Part shown: positions 20,294 through 29,166 of the stretch, one piece after another
Numbering within the stretch: the first letter of the stretch is position 1
Layout: each line of letters begins with the position of its first letter
DNA from: a virus
Taxonomy: Duplodnaviria; Caudoviricetes
DNA length: 57,414 bases
Strand: one strand, 5' to 3'
IMG/VR virus record: IMGVR_UViG_3300046007_006572
Coordinates: 1-57,414 of that record
Program-made: the position numbers and the translations under genes
Notes under the pieces: generated by a model
The model's database searches: none
What the model was told of the DNA's origin: nothing
The model's input: only the letters and a program-made list of their open reading frames with translations

Positions 20294-20629
20294 TTACCTC
20301 GTAACAGATGGAAGAACTGTAGCAGTACCTTCGACTACACGTGTTACAGAATTATCGGTTGAGTTTGTAATTTTTAAATCATAAACGTAACGACCTGGCG
20401 TCAAATTACTTGTGTTTGCTGCTGTCATTGAAAGAGTAATTTGACCATTTGCATTTCCTGTAATGGTCGCTGTCAGTGTATTTGCTGATGAAGAGTAATA
20501 AGATTTGCGTAACTGAGCAGATGCCGAATATGTCGCAAGATTGATAGCATCACCTTGGGTATCATTTACTGTCACAGTGGATGTGAGGTTTGCACCTTGC
20601 TCAATCGTGATTTCTACATATGCTGCCAA
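20294..20629 (-). CDS. BppU-like/Ig-fold fibre attachment protein
   Basis: ITIEQGA...INLATYSASAQLRKSY...GRYVYDL...RVVEG.ATV.PSVTR; RBS AAGGAGA. Confidence 0.7.
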   Translation of the reverse strand: MAAYVEITIEQGANLTSTVTVNDTQGDAINLATYSASAQLRKSYYSSSANTLTATITGNANGQITLSMTAANTSNLTPGRYVYDLKITNSTDNSVTRVVEGTATVLPSVTR

Positions 20630-20650
20630 GATTGTCTCCTTCTAATCGTC

Positions 20651-20658
20651 TATTTAGT
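20651..20658 (-). promoter_or_regulatory. Probable late promoter (ACTAAATA)
   Basis: Just downstream of the terminator and upstream of 20629. Confidence 0.65.
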
Positions 20659-20673
20659 CAATCTCGGAAATGT

Positions 20674-20697
20674 AAAAAAAGCCTCCGAAGAGGCTTT
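20674..20697 (-). terminator. Intrinsic terminator with cUUCGg tetraloop
   Basis: Minus strand AAAGCCTC-TTCG-GAGGC-TTTTTTT. Confidence 0.9.
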
Positions 20698-20718
20698 AAT
20701 TTTTAGAACATTATAAAA

Positions 20719-20838
20719 TTATCCTCCAAACGAAATGTCCGAAAGTGGTGCACCAGAAAAAGAACCATCAGAAAGAACGGTAACACCACCTCCACCAGAA
20801 GCAGCAGTTCCAATTATTGCCAACATGATTCCGCTCAT
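20719..20838 (-). CDS. Unannotated 39-aa peptide MSGIMLAIIGTAASGGGGVTVLSDGSFSGAPLSDISFGG
   Basis: Manual translation. ATGA overlap with the upstream stop, GGGGA RBS, and TAA at 20719-20721 just before the terminator. Confidence 0.7.
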   Translation of the reverse strand: MSGIMLAIIGTAASGGGGVTVLSDGSFSGAPLSDISFGG

Positions 20839-21104
20839 GCTATTCCCCTTGTAAATACAACTGTTTTTGAATCAATGAACACTGCATTTAACATACATCT
20901 TGGTGGAAACTCAATCATGGTTGCTTTTCTAGGATAACCTGAACGATAGCTGTTAGGAACTTCACACTGAATTGTACCTGCTTCGTCTTTGTTATTAAAT
21001 AAAATCAGCACATCTCCTTGAGAAAATTCTTCAGCAGGAATGGTTACAACTGAAGAATTTTCCACACTCACAACTTTATTAGCGTGTTCTTTTTGTAATA
21101 TCAT
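20835..21104 (-). CDS. Stand-alone copy of the 'GD(V/A)V..FNN' fibre-tip domain
   Basis: VTIPAEEFSQGDVLILFNN aligns with ITIPDGVFASGDAVSVFNN (1826 aa) and IEIPDATFSEGDVVCLFNN (258 aa). Confidence 0.7.
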   Translation of the reverse strand: MILQKEHANKVVSVENSSVVTIPAEEFSQGDVLILFNNKDEAGTIQCEVPNSYRSGYPRKATMIEFPPRCMLNAVFIDSKTVVFTRGIA

Positions 21105-21532
21105 GATTTTGGATACTTTGTTTTGATTTCTTGAATCTTTGCAGTCATTTCTGTGGCTGCTTCACCACCTTTCCACATAGCATCTAATTGTTCCGCTAAA
21201 GGTGGATATTCAGAACGGCGTTTAGCATAATAGTCAGGATTATCTGGTCGCACAATTTCACTCTTATCGATATCCACTATTTGTGGTTCACCACCCATAG
21301 GGTCTGGTATCTCACGTGTTTTAGGTGTGAGTGCTGCCCATACACTTTCTTTTGCATCGATATCAGCATAAATTGATTCTTCTTTTGACGAAATATAATC
21401 AGACAAGTTTACATTTGGTGGTATGAACAATGACCAATCATATGTTTGACCGTTACGTTCAACCTTCAAATATGCAAGACCTCTTTCTTCACCTGCTATG
21501 TTTGATGCAATTCCTTCCAAAGAAATGCTCAT
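21101..21532 (-). CDS. Probable tail fibre assembly chaperone (XkdW-like)
   Basis: C-terminal YYAKRRSEYPPLAEQLDAMWK...IKTKYPK motif. Confidence 0.65.
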   Translation of the reverse strand: MSISLEGIASNIAGEERGLAYLKVERNGQTYDWSLFIPPNVNLSDYISSKEESIYADIDAKESVWAALTPKTREIPDPMGGEPQIVDIDKSEIVRPDNPDYYAKRRSEYPPLAEQLDAMWKGGEAATEMTAKIQEIKTKYPKS

Positions 21533-22884
21533 TTTGTTGCCTCCAATCTAAAGTTTTTACCTGGATGCTGCCCCGTTGGTGGCAGAATCTTTATGTTTTT
21601 GAAACCTATTTCTTTACACAATTCTGATAACGATTTTGGATTATATCCCCAAAGATGTGGTGACAATGCACCGTTCTTTTGTGTTTCGGGTGTCAATCTA
21701 TCTACGTGTGCGCCAAAGATACACATTGCTGTCATATGCTGCTCTGCGCCACTTTGCTCCAAATAATCTTTACATAAAGCCTCTAAGTCAGGTAATTCCA
21801 TAACTAATTTACCTTTTGGCTTGAGTGTACTCATCCATTTATTTAGAACTTCTGGAGCACGATGTTGTGGTATATGTTCAATTACATGACTAGCAAAGAT
21901 TTCATCAGCACAATTTTCTGGTAAATCTAATTCCATAATATCCATTTTGATGTCTGCTGTATCGCTATGCATATCAACACCCATATAGCCTTCTAATCTA
22001 TCACGACCACAACCCATGTTGAATTTGATTGGCTGTTCTTCTTGAATCATTTGTTGAATGATTGCTTTGTATCCAGCAGAAGGACCAGAACCCTCTGGTA
22101 AACGGTCAGCCCAACGACGGTCAATAAAATCTTTGTCATCTAAAGTCAATGGTCTTGTTGGCTCGATATTCGTATAATAATTTTTCAAATCAACAGATGG
22201 ATGTGCTGTGTACATACCAGTTGCTAAATCCATGTGTAGACACTGAACATCTGTATTGACTAAAAGTTTGGTGCCACGTTTGTGTAAACGATGAACAAAG
22301 AAATTATCTTCACCGATAAAAGGAATTTCATCATTGATATTATTACCAATACAGCAGAATGGTAAGTCTGGATTTTCTTCTTTCATTTGACGAAGAATCT
22401 CAATTGGTATCAACATGATATCCATACCAGTTTGCCATGCTTCAATGATTTGTCCTGGTGCAACATCAGGAATTGTAATCCAGTCGCCTTCACGAACCAT
22501 AATCATTGCATCAGAACATTTGATGTAATACACACCTGTAATTACTGCATCGGGATATTGTTCAGATGTACGCATTAGTTTTTTGAATGCATCATATGGA
22601 ACAACAGTATCTTCACCAATAAAGAGTAAATACTTGGCGCCAGATTCTAATGCTTGTTCAATAAGATAGTTTCGTGCAACATCTACTTTTTCACCACCAA
22701 TGTTGCAGAAACCATGAGAGAAGCCCATCAAGTCTACATGCAGACCATCATAACCATCAAAGTTTTGAGCTGCTTGTTCTTCTAGATTTCGTCTTGGCTG
22801 TGCAATGACAACATAAGGTTTGATTGTTTTAGATTCATCATAAATTTCCTGCATTGTTGCAATAATTTTATCTCGGTTATACAT
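21529..22884 (-). CDS. GT-A (GT2-like) glycosyltransferase fused to a class I SAM methyltransferase
   Basis: N-domain VDVARNYLIEQAL...YLLFIGED and IGEDNFF; C-domain NMGCG...GVD...DEIFASHVIEH...LKPKGKL. Confidence 0.82.
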   Translation of the reverse strand: MYNRDKIIATMQEIYDESKTIKPYVVIAQPRRNLEEQAAQNFDGYDGLHVDLMGFSHGFCNIGGEKVDVARNYLIEQALESGAKYLLFIGEDTVVPYDAFKKLMRTSEQYPDAVITGVYYIKCSDAMIMVREGDWITIPDVAPGQIIEAWQTGMDIMLIPIEILRQMKEENPDLPFCCIGNNINDEIPFIGEDNFFVHRLHKRGTKLLVNTDVQCLHMDLATGMYTAHPSVDLKNYYTNIEPTRPLTLDDKDFIDRRWADRLPEGSGPSAGYKAIIQQMIQEEQPIKFNMGCGRDRLEGYMGVDMHSDTADIKMDIMELDLPENCADEIFASHVIEHIPQHRAPEVLNKWMSTLKPKGKLVMELPDLEALCKDYLEQSGAEQHMTAMCIFGAHVDRLTPETQKNGALSPHLWGYNPKSLSELCKEIGFKNIKILPPTGQHPGKNFRLEATK

Positions 22885-22912
22885 AATTTCCTCACTTTCA
22901 TAATGTATTCAG

Positions 22913-22920
22913 TATTTATT
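22913..22920 (-). promoter_or_regulatory. Probable late promoter (AATAAATA) for the GT-MT gene
   Basis: TAAATA core in the gap; GAGGA RBS follows. Confidence 0.65.
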
Positions 22921-22938
22921 CAGTAAAAATAGACGCTA

Positions 22939-25089
22939 TCAAAATTTATTGAAGAATGGTGATAGGGCGTAGCCTACATTTCTTGTTGTGCCAGTGGATA
23001 TTTTTTGGCCTACTGTTCCAGAGGCATTTATAAAATAAATTTCTCCAAATTGGTTTAAGACGCCGCCAGAATATGTAGCGGCAGTCGTTGCTGTACTAGC
23101 TAACGAATACGTAGATACTACACCAGTAGCTGATACTTTTTGTCCTACGGCAGCTCTTGATGAAATAAAATGAATATCTCCGTTAGGAGCCAAAACGCCT
23201 CCAGAATACGCAATGCTGCTTGTGTAAACTAAAGAATATGTAGAAACAACACCCGTAGCTGATACTTTTTGACCGACCGCAGCAGACCTAGGAACAAAAT
23301 GAATATCGCCATTAGGTGCCAATACGCCACCTTCATATGCAGACGATGCTGTGTAGACCAAAGAATAAGTAGAAACAACTCCAGCCGCTGATACTTTTTG
23401 GCCAAATCCTATAGTTTGAGGAACAAAATGTATGTCTCCATTTCTGGCTAAAACGCCGCCAGCATAATCTGTTCCAGCAGCACCAGCAACAACAGAAAAC
23501 GTAGAAACAACGCCAGCAGCAGAAACTTTTTGCCCAATTCCGCCTGCGTTAGACGGAATAAAATATATGTCTCCATTGGGGGCTAATGCGCCTCCAATAT
23601 AATTCCCACCGGTAAAAACCAAAGAATAAGTTGAAACTACTCCCGAAGCATTTATTTTTTGACCCCTATCAGCCAAAAATGGAATAAAGTGAATGTCTCC
23701 GTTTGAGGCTAAAACACCACCACGATATGCGTTTGTTCTTGTATAAACCAAAGAATATGTAGAAACTACCCCTGTTGCTGAAATTTTTCTACCAACAGAA
23801 GCGCTAGTGGGAACGGAATGTACATCACCATTTGGAGCTAATACGCCGCCTATGTAACTTGAACTAGCCAAACTAAACGTACTCACCACTCCTGCCGTAG
23901 TGTTATTGTTGTACGGCACTCCGTTAATTACACCACGGTCTAGCTCTTTTTTTAGATTTGTCCATGCCACCAAATCAGTGCCTACTTGACTCGTATCTGC
24001 TTGTGGTACTGTTCCTTCTGTCGCATCTGCTGGAAACGTACAGAACACATCTTTACTGCCAGCACCCCAATTGACTAATGCATTGCTATTGGATGATTCC
24101 AGCACCGTGTTGCGATATAACTCTGTACCATTAATCGATAGTGTACCAATTCCTATCTCCCAATCAGTGGCGTTGGTGATGGCGTAGTAGATTTCGTTTA
24201 CCGATAGATTGAATTCATTAACATAGTCGTTAGACGCTCCACTGACGTACATTTTTCCACCATCGGGCTTAAAAAATATACCACTTGGAGTTATCTCAGC
24301 AAAACCAACCGAGAAAGTCTGAAAATAAGATGCGGTCGATACATTCCAAGCAGATGACAGATTGTATTCGTACACTCCATCATTAACGCTACCAACAACA
24401 TACATCTTCAATCCATCAGGTCTAAAGTATAAAGCCTGAGGAACGCTATCTTGTGGATTTACACTAAATCCTTGAACGTGAGTGGCTGTTGAAATGTCCC
24501 AAGCAGTAGAAAGGTTGTATTCGTCAACCGATTCAGGAGTAGGATTGGCACCAACAACATACATTTTTGTGCCATCAGGTTTGAAAAATACACCTCCAGG
24601 CTGGTTGTCTTGAGTTGCAGTTGAGAACGCCTGAAGATAAGATGCAGTAGAAATATTCCAAGCAGAGGAAAGGTTGTACTCATAGATATTATTATTGTCG
24701 TTGCCAACAACATACATCTTCAACCCATCTGGCTTAAAAAATACACCTTCTGGAGTTGTGTCTTGTGCGCTTATTACAAAGTTCTGTACGTAAGAAGCAG
24801 TTCTAACATTCCAAGCCGTAGACAAATTATATTCATTGACTTCAGCGCCGGCGCTTCCGACAGTATACATTTTCAAACCATCTTCCCTAAAGAATAGTCC
24901 TTGAGAATTTGTATCTTGTCCTTCTACGGAAAACCTTTGTAACAACTGTGCGGTCGATACGTTCCAACCAGACCCCGAGGCAATAGATGCAAAACTCTGA
25001 TATCCTGAAACTGCTGAACCAAGCGTAAACGTACCATTGCCAGTAGTTACACTTGTTACTTTTACTTTATCTTTAACGACTAAAGGCAT
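22939..25089 (-). CDS. Putative receptor-binding protein: N-terminal anchor with inserted 5-repeat propeller plus C-terminal 7-bladed propeller
   Basis: Five W(N/D)(V/I)STA...FFKPDG.KMY repeats and seven GGVLAPNGDIHF.P...GQK repeats. Confidence 0.8.
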   Translation of the reverse strand: MPLVVKDKVKVTSVTTGNGTFTLGSAVSGYQSFASIASGSGWNVSTAQLLQRFSVEGQDTNSQGLFFREDGLKMYTVGSAGAEVNEYNLSTAWNVRTASYVQNFVISAQDTTPEGVFFKPDGLKMYVVGNDNNNIYEYNLSSAWNISTASYLQAFSTATQDNQPGGVFFKPDGTKMYVVGANPTPESVDEYNLSTAWDISTATHVQGFSVNPQDSVPQALYFRPDGLKMYVVGSVNDGVYEYNLSSAWNVSTASYFQTFSVGFAEITPSGIFFKPDGGKMYVSGASNDYVNEFNLSVNEIYYAITNATDWEIGIGTLSINGTELYRNTVLESSNSNALVNWGAGSKDVFCTFPADATEGTVPQADTSQVGTDLVAWTNLKKELDRGVINGVPYNNNTTAGVVSTFSLASSSYIGGVLAPNGDVHSVPTSASVGRKISATGVVSTYSLVYTRTNAYRGGVLASNGDIHFIPFLADRGQKINASGVVSTYSLVFTGGNYIGGALAPNGDIYFIPSNAGGIGQKVSAAGVVSTFSVVAGAAGTDYAGGVLARNGDIHFVPQTIGFGQKVSAAGVVSTYSLVYTASSAYEGGVLAPNGDIHFVPRSAAVGQKVSATGVVSTYSLVYTSSIAYSGGVLAPNGDIHFISSRAAVGQKVSATGVVSTYSLASTATTAATYSGGVLNQFGEIYFINASGTVGQKISTGTTRNVGYALSPFFNKF

Positions 25090-25099
25090 GGTGTAATCC

Positions 25100-26506
25100 T
25101 TAGAACTTGTTCAGGTATGAGCTTAGGCAGGTGTCAAGGCCGAAGGAGATGGCGGGGTTGGTGGAGATACGTTGGCCTATTTGTAAAGCAGTCCCAACCT
25201 GATCATTTGGAACAAAATATATAGACCCATCAGGAGCCAAAACACCTCCGTAATAAGCATACGAGCCTGTATAAATTAACGTATAAGTAGAAACAACCCC
25301 GGTTGATGAAACTTTTTGGCCTCTGTTTGCCAGTGCGTTGACAAAATAAATATCACCGTTGGGAGCAAGAACGCCGCCAGTATAAGCATCTGTTCTTGTA
25401 TAAACCAATGAGTAGGTAGATACAACGTCTGCTGATGAAATTTTTTGCCCTACTGGAGCGTTGTATGGAACAAAATGTATGTCTCCATTTGGAGCAAGAA
25501 CCCCGCCTTGATATGCGGCTGTAGTTGTATAGACAAGAGAGTAAGTAGAAACCACTCCAGCCGCTGATATTTTTTGTCCCCGCCTTGCTCCTCTGGGAAC
25601 AAAATGAATATCTCCATTCGCTGCCAATACACCTCCAACATAAGCGCCACTAGTTGTATAAACTAATGAATAAGTACTTACAACTCCTGCGGCAGAAATT
25701 TTTTGACCTACTGGAGCATCATGAGGGACAAAATGCAAATCACCGTTAGGCGCTAATACACCACCTGCATAGGCAGTTGTTGTTGTATAAACCAAAGAAT
25801 AGGTAGAAACAACACCAGAAGCGTTTATTTTTTGTCCTCTATTCGCACTGTATGGAACAAAATGTATATCGCCATTAGGGGCAAGAACTCCACCCAAATA
25901 AGCTCCAGTTGCGCTTGTGTAAACCAAAGAATACGTAGATACAGTTCCTGTTAAATAATTTACTTTTTGTCCTCTTGCAGCAGCGTAAGGCACAAAATGT
26001 ATATCCCCGTTAGGAGCAAGAACTCCACCACGATAAACATCGCCAGTAGCAGCGGTGTAAACCAAACTATACGTACTCACCACACCCGCAACACCGTTAT
26101 TCTTAAACGTCACCCCAGCGTTGATGCTCTGGTACAGGTTCTTCTGGAAGTTGTCGAATGCTACACCATCCGTGCCAATAGAACTGTTATCACCTGTTGC
26201 CGCCGAACCTTGTGTGTTCTCAGCAGGTTGCGGCACATAAACATCTTTGCTACCTACAGCAAAGTCAATTTTGGAACCAGTAGATGAAGATAGCACAGTA
26301 TCACGTGATAAAGTTGTACCACTTGATGTATATGTGCCTATTCCTACTTCCCACTGAGTTCCACCTACGATAGCATAATAAGTCTGATTGCCATCACCTA
26401 TGCCAGAAAAGTTTTGAAATCCACTAGCGGCGGCACCAAGGGTGAACGTACCTGTTCCTGTCGTGGTGCTTGTAACTTTTATGCGGTCTTTAGTAACAAA
26501 TGCCAT
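25100..26506 (-). CDS. Putative receptor-binding protein, 7-bladed beta-propeller (468 aa)
   Basis: N-terminus KDRIKVTSTTTGTGT...WEVGIGTY; seven YxGGVLAPNGDIHFVP repeats. Confidence 0.8.
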   Translation of the reverse strand: MAFVTKDRIKVTSTTTGTGTFTLGAAASGFQNFSGIGDGNQTYYAIVGGTQWEVGIGTYTSSGTTLSRDTVLSSSTGSKIDFAVGSKDVYVPQPAENTQGSAATGDNSSIGTDGVAFDNFQKNLYQSINAGVTFKNNGVAGVVSTYSLVYTAATGDVYRGGVLAPNGDIHFVPYAAARGQKVNYLTGTVSTYSLVYTSATGAYLGGVLAPNGDIHFVPYSANRGQKINASGVVSTYSLVYTTTTAYAGGVLAPNGDLHFVPHDAPVGQKISAAGVVSTYSLVYTTSGAYVGGVLAANGDIHFVPRGARRGQKISAAGVVSTYSLVYTTTAAYQGGVLAPNGDIHFVPYNAPVGQKISSADVVSTYSLVYTRTDAYTGGVLAPNGDIYFVNALANRGQKVSSTGVVSTYTLIYTGSYAYYGGVLAPDGSIYFVPNDQVGTALQIGQRISTNPAISFGLDTCLSSYLNKF

Positions 26507-26516
26507 TATGATTTTC

Positions 26517-27923
26517 CTAGAGCTTGTTCAAGAAAGAACTGAGGCAGACGCCAAGGCCGAGCGGTGAGCCGGGGTTGGTAGAGATTTGCATTCCTCGTGC
26601 TGCCGCTAATGGGATAAAGTAAATATTTCCATTTGGTGATAAAACGCCGCCTTGATACCCTGAACCACCAGTAATTGGAAGTGAATACGTGCTGACAACA
26701 CCAGCAGCAGAAATTTTTTGACCAACAGGAGCGTTGCCCGGAACAAAATGAATGTCCCCATTTGGAGCAAGCACACCACCTTGATAATCCGAGCTACCCT
26801 CTACAGAACGAACTAATGAATAAGTTGAAACAACGCCAGAAATAGAAATTTTCTGCCCTATATTGCCGCCGTAAGGAATAAAATGAATGTCTCCGTTTAA
26901 AGCAACAACCCCGCCCATATAAGCATTGCTTCTTGTGTAAATTAATGAATAGGTAGACACAACTCCAGCAGCAGAAACTTTTTGACCAACTGTCGCACGG
27001 TACGGAACAAAGTGTATATCACCATTTGGAGCAAGAACTCCACCAGCATAAGCAAGAGTTGTTGTATAAGCCAAAGAGTATGTTGACACAACGCCAGCGG
27101 TAGAAATTTTCTGACCCACAACGCCACTATGCGGAACAAAATGCACCTCTCCACTTGCGGACAAAACGCCACCAAAATAAATTTCTGGAACGGCGGTGTA
27201 AGCTAATGAATAAGTAGACACTACGCCAGAAGCATTTATTTTTTGCCCAACCGCAGTTGCTGCGGACAACTGCCGAGGTATAAAGTGTATATCACCATTA
27301 GGGGCAAGAACGCCTCCTGTATAAGCGCCAGCGGTTTGTATTAATGAATATGTTGAAACAACTCCAGTAATTGATATTTTTTGCCCAACGGTAACGCCAC
27401 TATACAAAACCATGTGTATATCACCGTTTGGCGCAAGCACCCCGCCAGCATACTTAAAACTTCCGCTTGTATCAGTTATTCCGTATGTGCTTATGATTCC
27501 GTTCGTATTATTGTTCCCAAACGTAGTGCCGCCTGTCACACCATTATTCAGTGCTGCTTGAAACGCAGTCCAGCCTGATAAATCAGTGCCTATCTCATTA
27601 TCATCACAGAACGGAACGCCTAAAGGCATCGCCGCAGCAGGATAAGCACACAGCACATCTTTAGTGCCTGCTGAGAAGTTTACTTTTTCACCGCTATTAG
27701 AAGAACCAAATATAAAATCTCTGGATAAAGTTGTACCCGAAGAAGTATAAGTTCCTTTACCTACTTCCCACTCAGTCGTGCCTTTGATAACATAGTATGT
27801 TTCGTTGCCATTGCCAATAACTGAAAACGATTGATAGCCTGTTGCGGCAGCACCAAGTGTGACTGTTCCTGTTCCGGTTGTTGTAGTCGTGGACTTGACC
27901 CTATTTTTGAGTACGAGTGCCAT
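26517..27923 (-). CDS. Putative receptor-binding protein, 7-bladed beta-propeller (468 aa from MALVLKNRVK)
   Basis: Start moved to ATG 27923, which overlaps the upstream TAA and aligns with the paralog N-termini; seven repeats. Confidence 0.8.
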   Translation of the reverse strand: MALVLKNRVKSTTTTTGTGTVTLGAAATGYQSFSVIGNGNETYYVIKGTTEWEVGKGTYTSSGTTLSRDFIFGSSNSGEKVNFSAGTKDVLCAYPAAAMPLGVPFCDDNEIGTDLSGWTAFQAALNNGVTGGTTFGNNNTNGIISTYGITDTSGSFKYAGGVLAPNGDIHMVLYSGVTVGQKISITGVVSTYSLIQTAGAYTGGVLAPNGDIHFIPRQLSAATAVGQKINASGVVSTYSLAYTAVPEIYFGGVLSASGEVHFVPHSGVVGQKISTAGVVSTYSLAYTTTLAYAGGVLAPNGDIHFVPYRATVGQKVSAAGVVSTYSLIYTRSNAYMGGVVALNGDIHFIPYGGNIGQKISISGVVSTYSLVRSVEGSSDYQGGVLAPNGDIHFVPGNAPVGQKISAAGVVSTYSLPITGGSGYQGGVLSPNGNIYFIPLAAARGMQISTNPGSPLGLGVCLSSFLNKL

Positions 27924-28699
27924 TAGGTAATATTTCCTGCTACAACGCAAATGGTATTGCTAATAAAAAAGATTGTTGCTAGTCCACGTGTTGCTAAAGT
28001 CATCGTAGCTTTATCTAAATCTGTTCCAGCAATATATGCCGTTGTAATATTACAAGTAATTGTAGCATCCGAAGCTGTATTATTGAATAAACAAACAACA
28101 TCACCTTCAGAAAATGTTGCATCAGGGATTTCAATTGAACCACCCGAACTTACTTGTACGTATTTACCAATGTCAGCAGTTGTTAAAACATAAGAAGATG
28201 TTTGTGTTCCTACTGGTGGAACAGTTCGAATAACTGTATTTGCTGAAGATGAAAAATGATTCCCCGAAATTTGTCCTGCAACAATGTTATTACCTGATAT
28301 GGAATTGCCTGCAATTAAATTACCTGTTATTTGTCCTGCAACGATGTTGTTACCACGAATGGCATTGGCTGTGATGTTGTTACCAGAAACAGCGCCACTT
28401 GCAAGTTTTACACCAGTAACAGAACCATCTGATGGTACTTGTGTTGTTGTACCATTACCCAGATGATGAATAATGACATTGTTTGTACCAGCACCAGGTG
28501 CAGTTGTAAATGTAATCACTGCACCGTTCAACGAGTAGTCAAACGATGGTCTTTGGTAGATACCATTGACATAAACAGCAATTGATGCTGTGCCTGCTGG
28601 TGACCTTGCTAGTGTACCAAAACTAACAGTGCTACCATCACCGTTGTAAACATCAACGATGTAGGGTACTGATGTAACTTGATTGCCAATATAAGACAT
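27923..28699 (-). CDS. Fibre adaptor (MSYIGN Ig-like module, GNNI stalk, GDVVCLFNN tip domain)
   Basis: Modules shared with the 222-aa, 77-aa, 89-aa and 1826-aa ORFs. Confidence 0.75.
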   Translation of the reverse strand: MSYIGNQVTSVPYIVDVYNGDGSTVSFGTLARSPAGTASIAVYVNGIYQRPSFDYSLNGAVITFTTAPGAGTNNVIIHHLGNGTTTQVPSDGSVTGVKLASGAVSGNNITANAIRGNNIVAGQITGNLIAGNSISGNNIVAGQISGNHFSSSANTVIRTVPPVGTQTSSYVLTTADIGKYVQVSSGGSIEIPDATFSEGDVVCLFNNTASDATITCNITTAYIAGTDLDKATMTLATRGLATIFFISNTICVVAGNIT

Positions 28700-28718
28700 T
28701 TATATTCCTGTTTTTACT

Positions 28719-29138
28719 TTATTTATTTGACCTCGATGGTGGTTCACCATCAGGTGCAGGATATTGTTCGTTCACCAATTTGATTGTACGATAAAACTCT
28801 GATTCTTTTCCTGGAATCTGGTCTTTATCAATTGCATTCCACAACATATTGAATAATACTGTGATGTCAGGATATGATTGATATCGGTCATAAAAAAACT
28901 GCCAGTAATCACAAAATCTTTGCTGAAATTCTAATTCTTCTTCTATTTCTTCTTGTGTTGGTGGTGGTAATCCCTCTGCATCATCCCAACCACTAATAAC
29001 ATATTCTTCGTTTTCTTGTGACAGTCCATATTTTGCAGTTGGTCTAAGGGCACGAATTGCTGTTTGTGGACTGCAAGAAAACTTTTTATTTTCATGGTCA
29101 ATCAAAAACTGTGAATAAAATATTTCTTCATTGTTCAT
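28719..29138 (-). CDS. Probable fibre chaperone (XkdW-like)
   Basis: AIRALRPTA...PPPTQEEIEEE...RYQSYPDI..LFNMLW...EQYP pattern; preceded by GTAAATA at 29160-29166. Confidence 0.6.
   Translation of the reverse strand: MNNEEIFYSQFLIDHENKKFSCSPQTAIRALRPTAKYGLSQENEEYVISGWDDAEGLPPPTQEEIEEELEFQQRFCDYWQFFYDRYQSYPDITVLFNMLWNAIDKDQIPGKESEFYRTIKLVNEQYPAPDGEPPSRSNK
28720..28727 (-). promoter_or_regulatory. Probable late promoter (AATAAATA)
   Basis: TAAATA core overlapping the upstream stop, about 20 nt before 28699. Confidence 0.5.
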
Positions 29139-29166
29139 TCAATCACCTTTCATTTTATGTATTTAC

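Noticed and set aside
27924-27950. MRCSRKYYL N-terminal extension of the 477-aa ORF
   Set aside because: It overlaps the upstream gene; ATG at 27923 matches the paralog N-termini and gives TAATG coupling.
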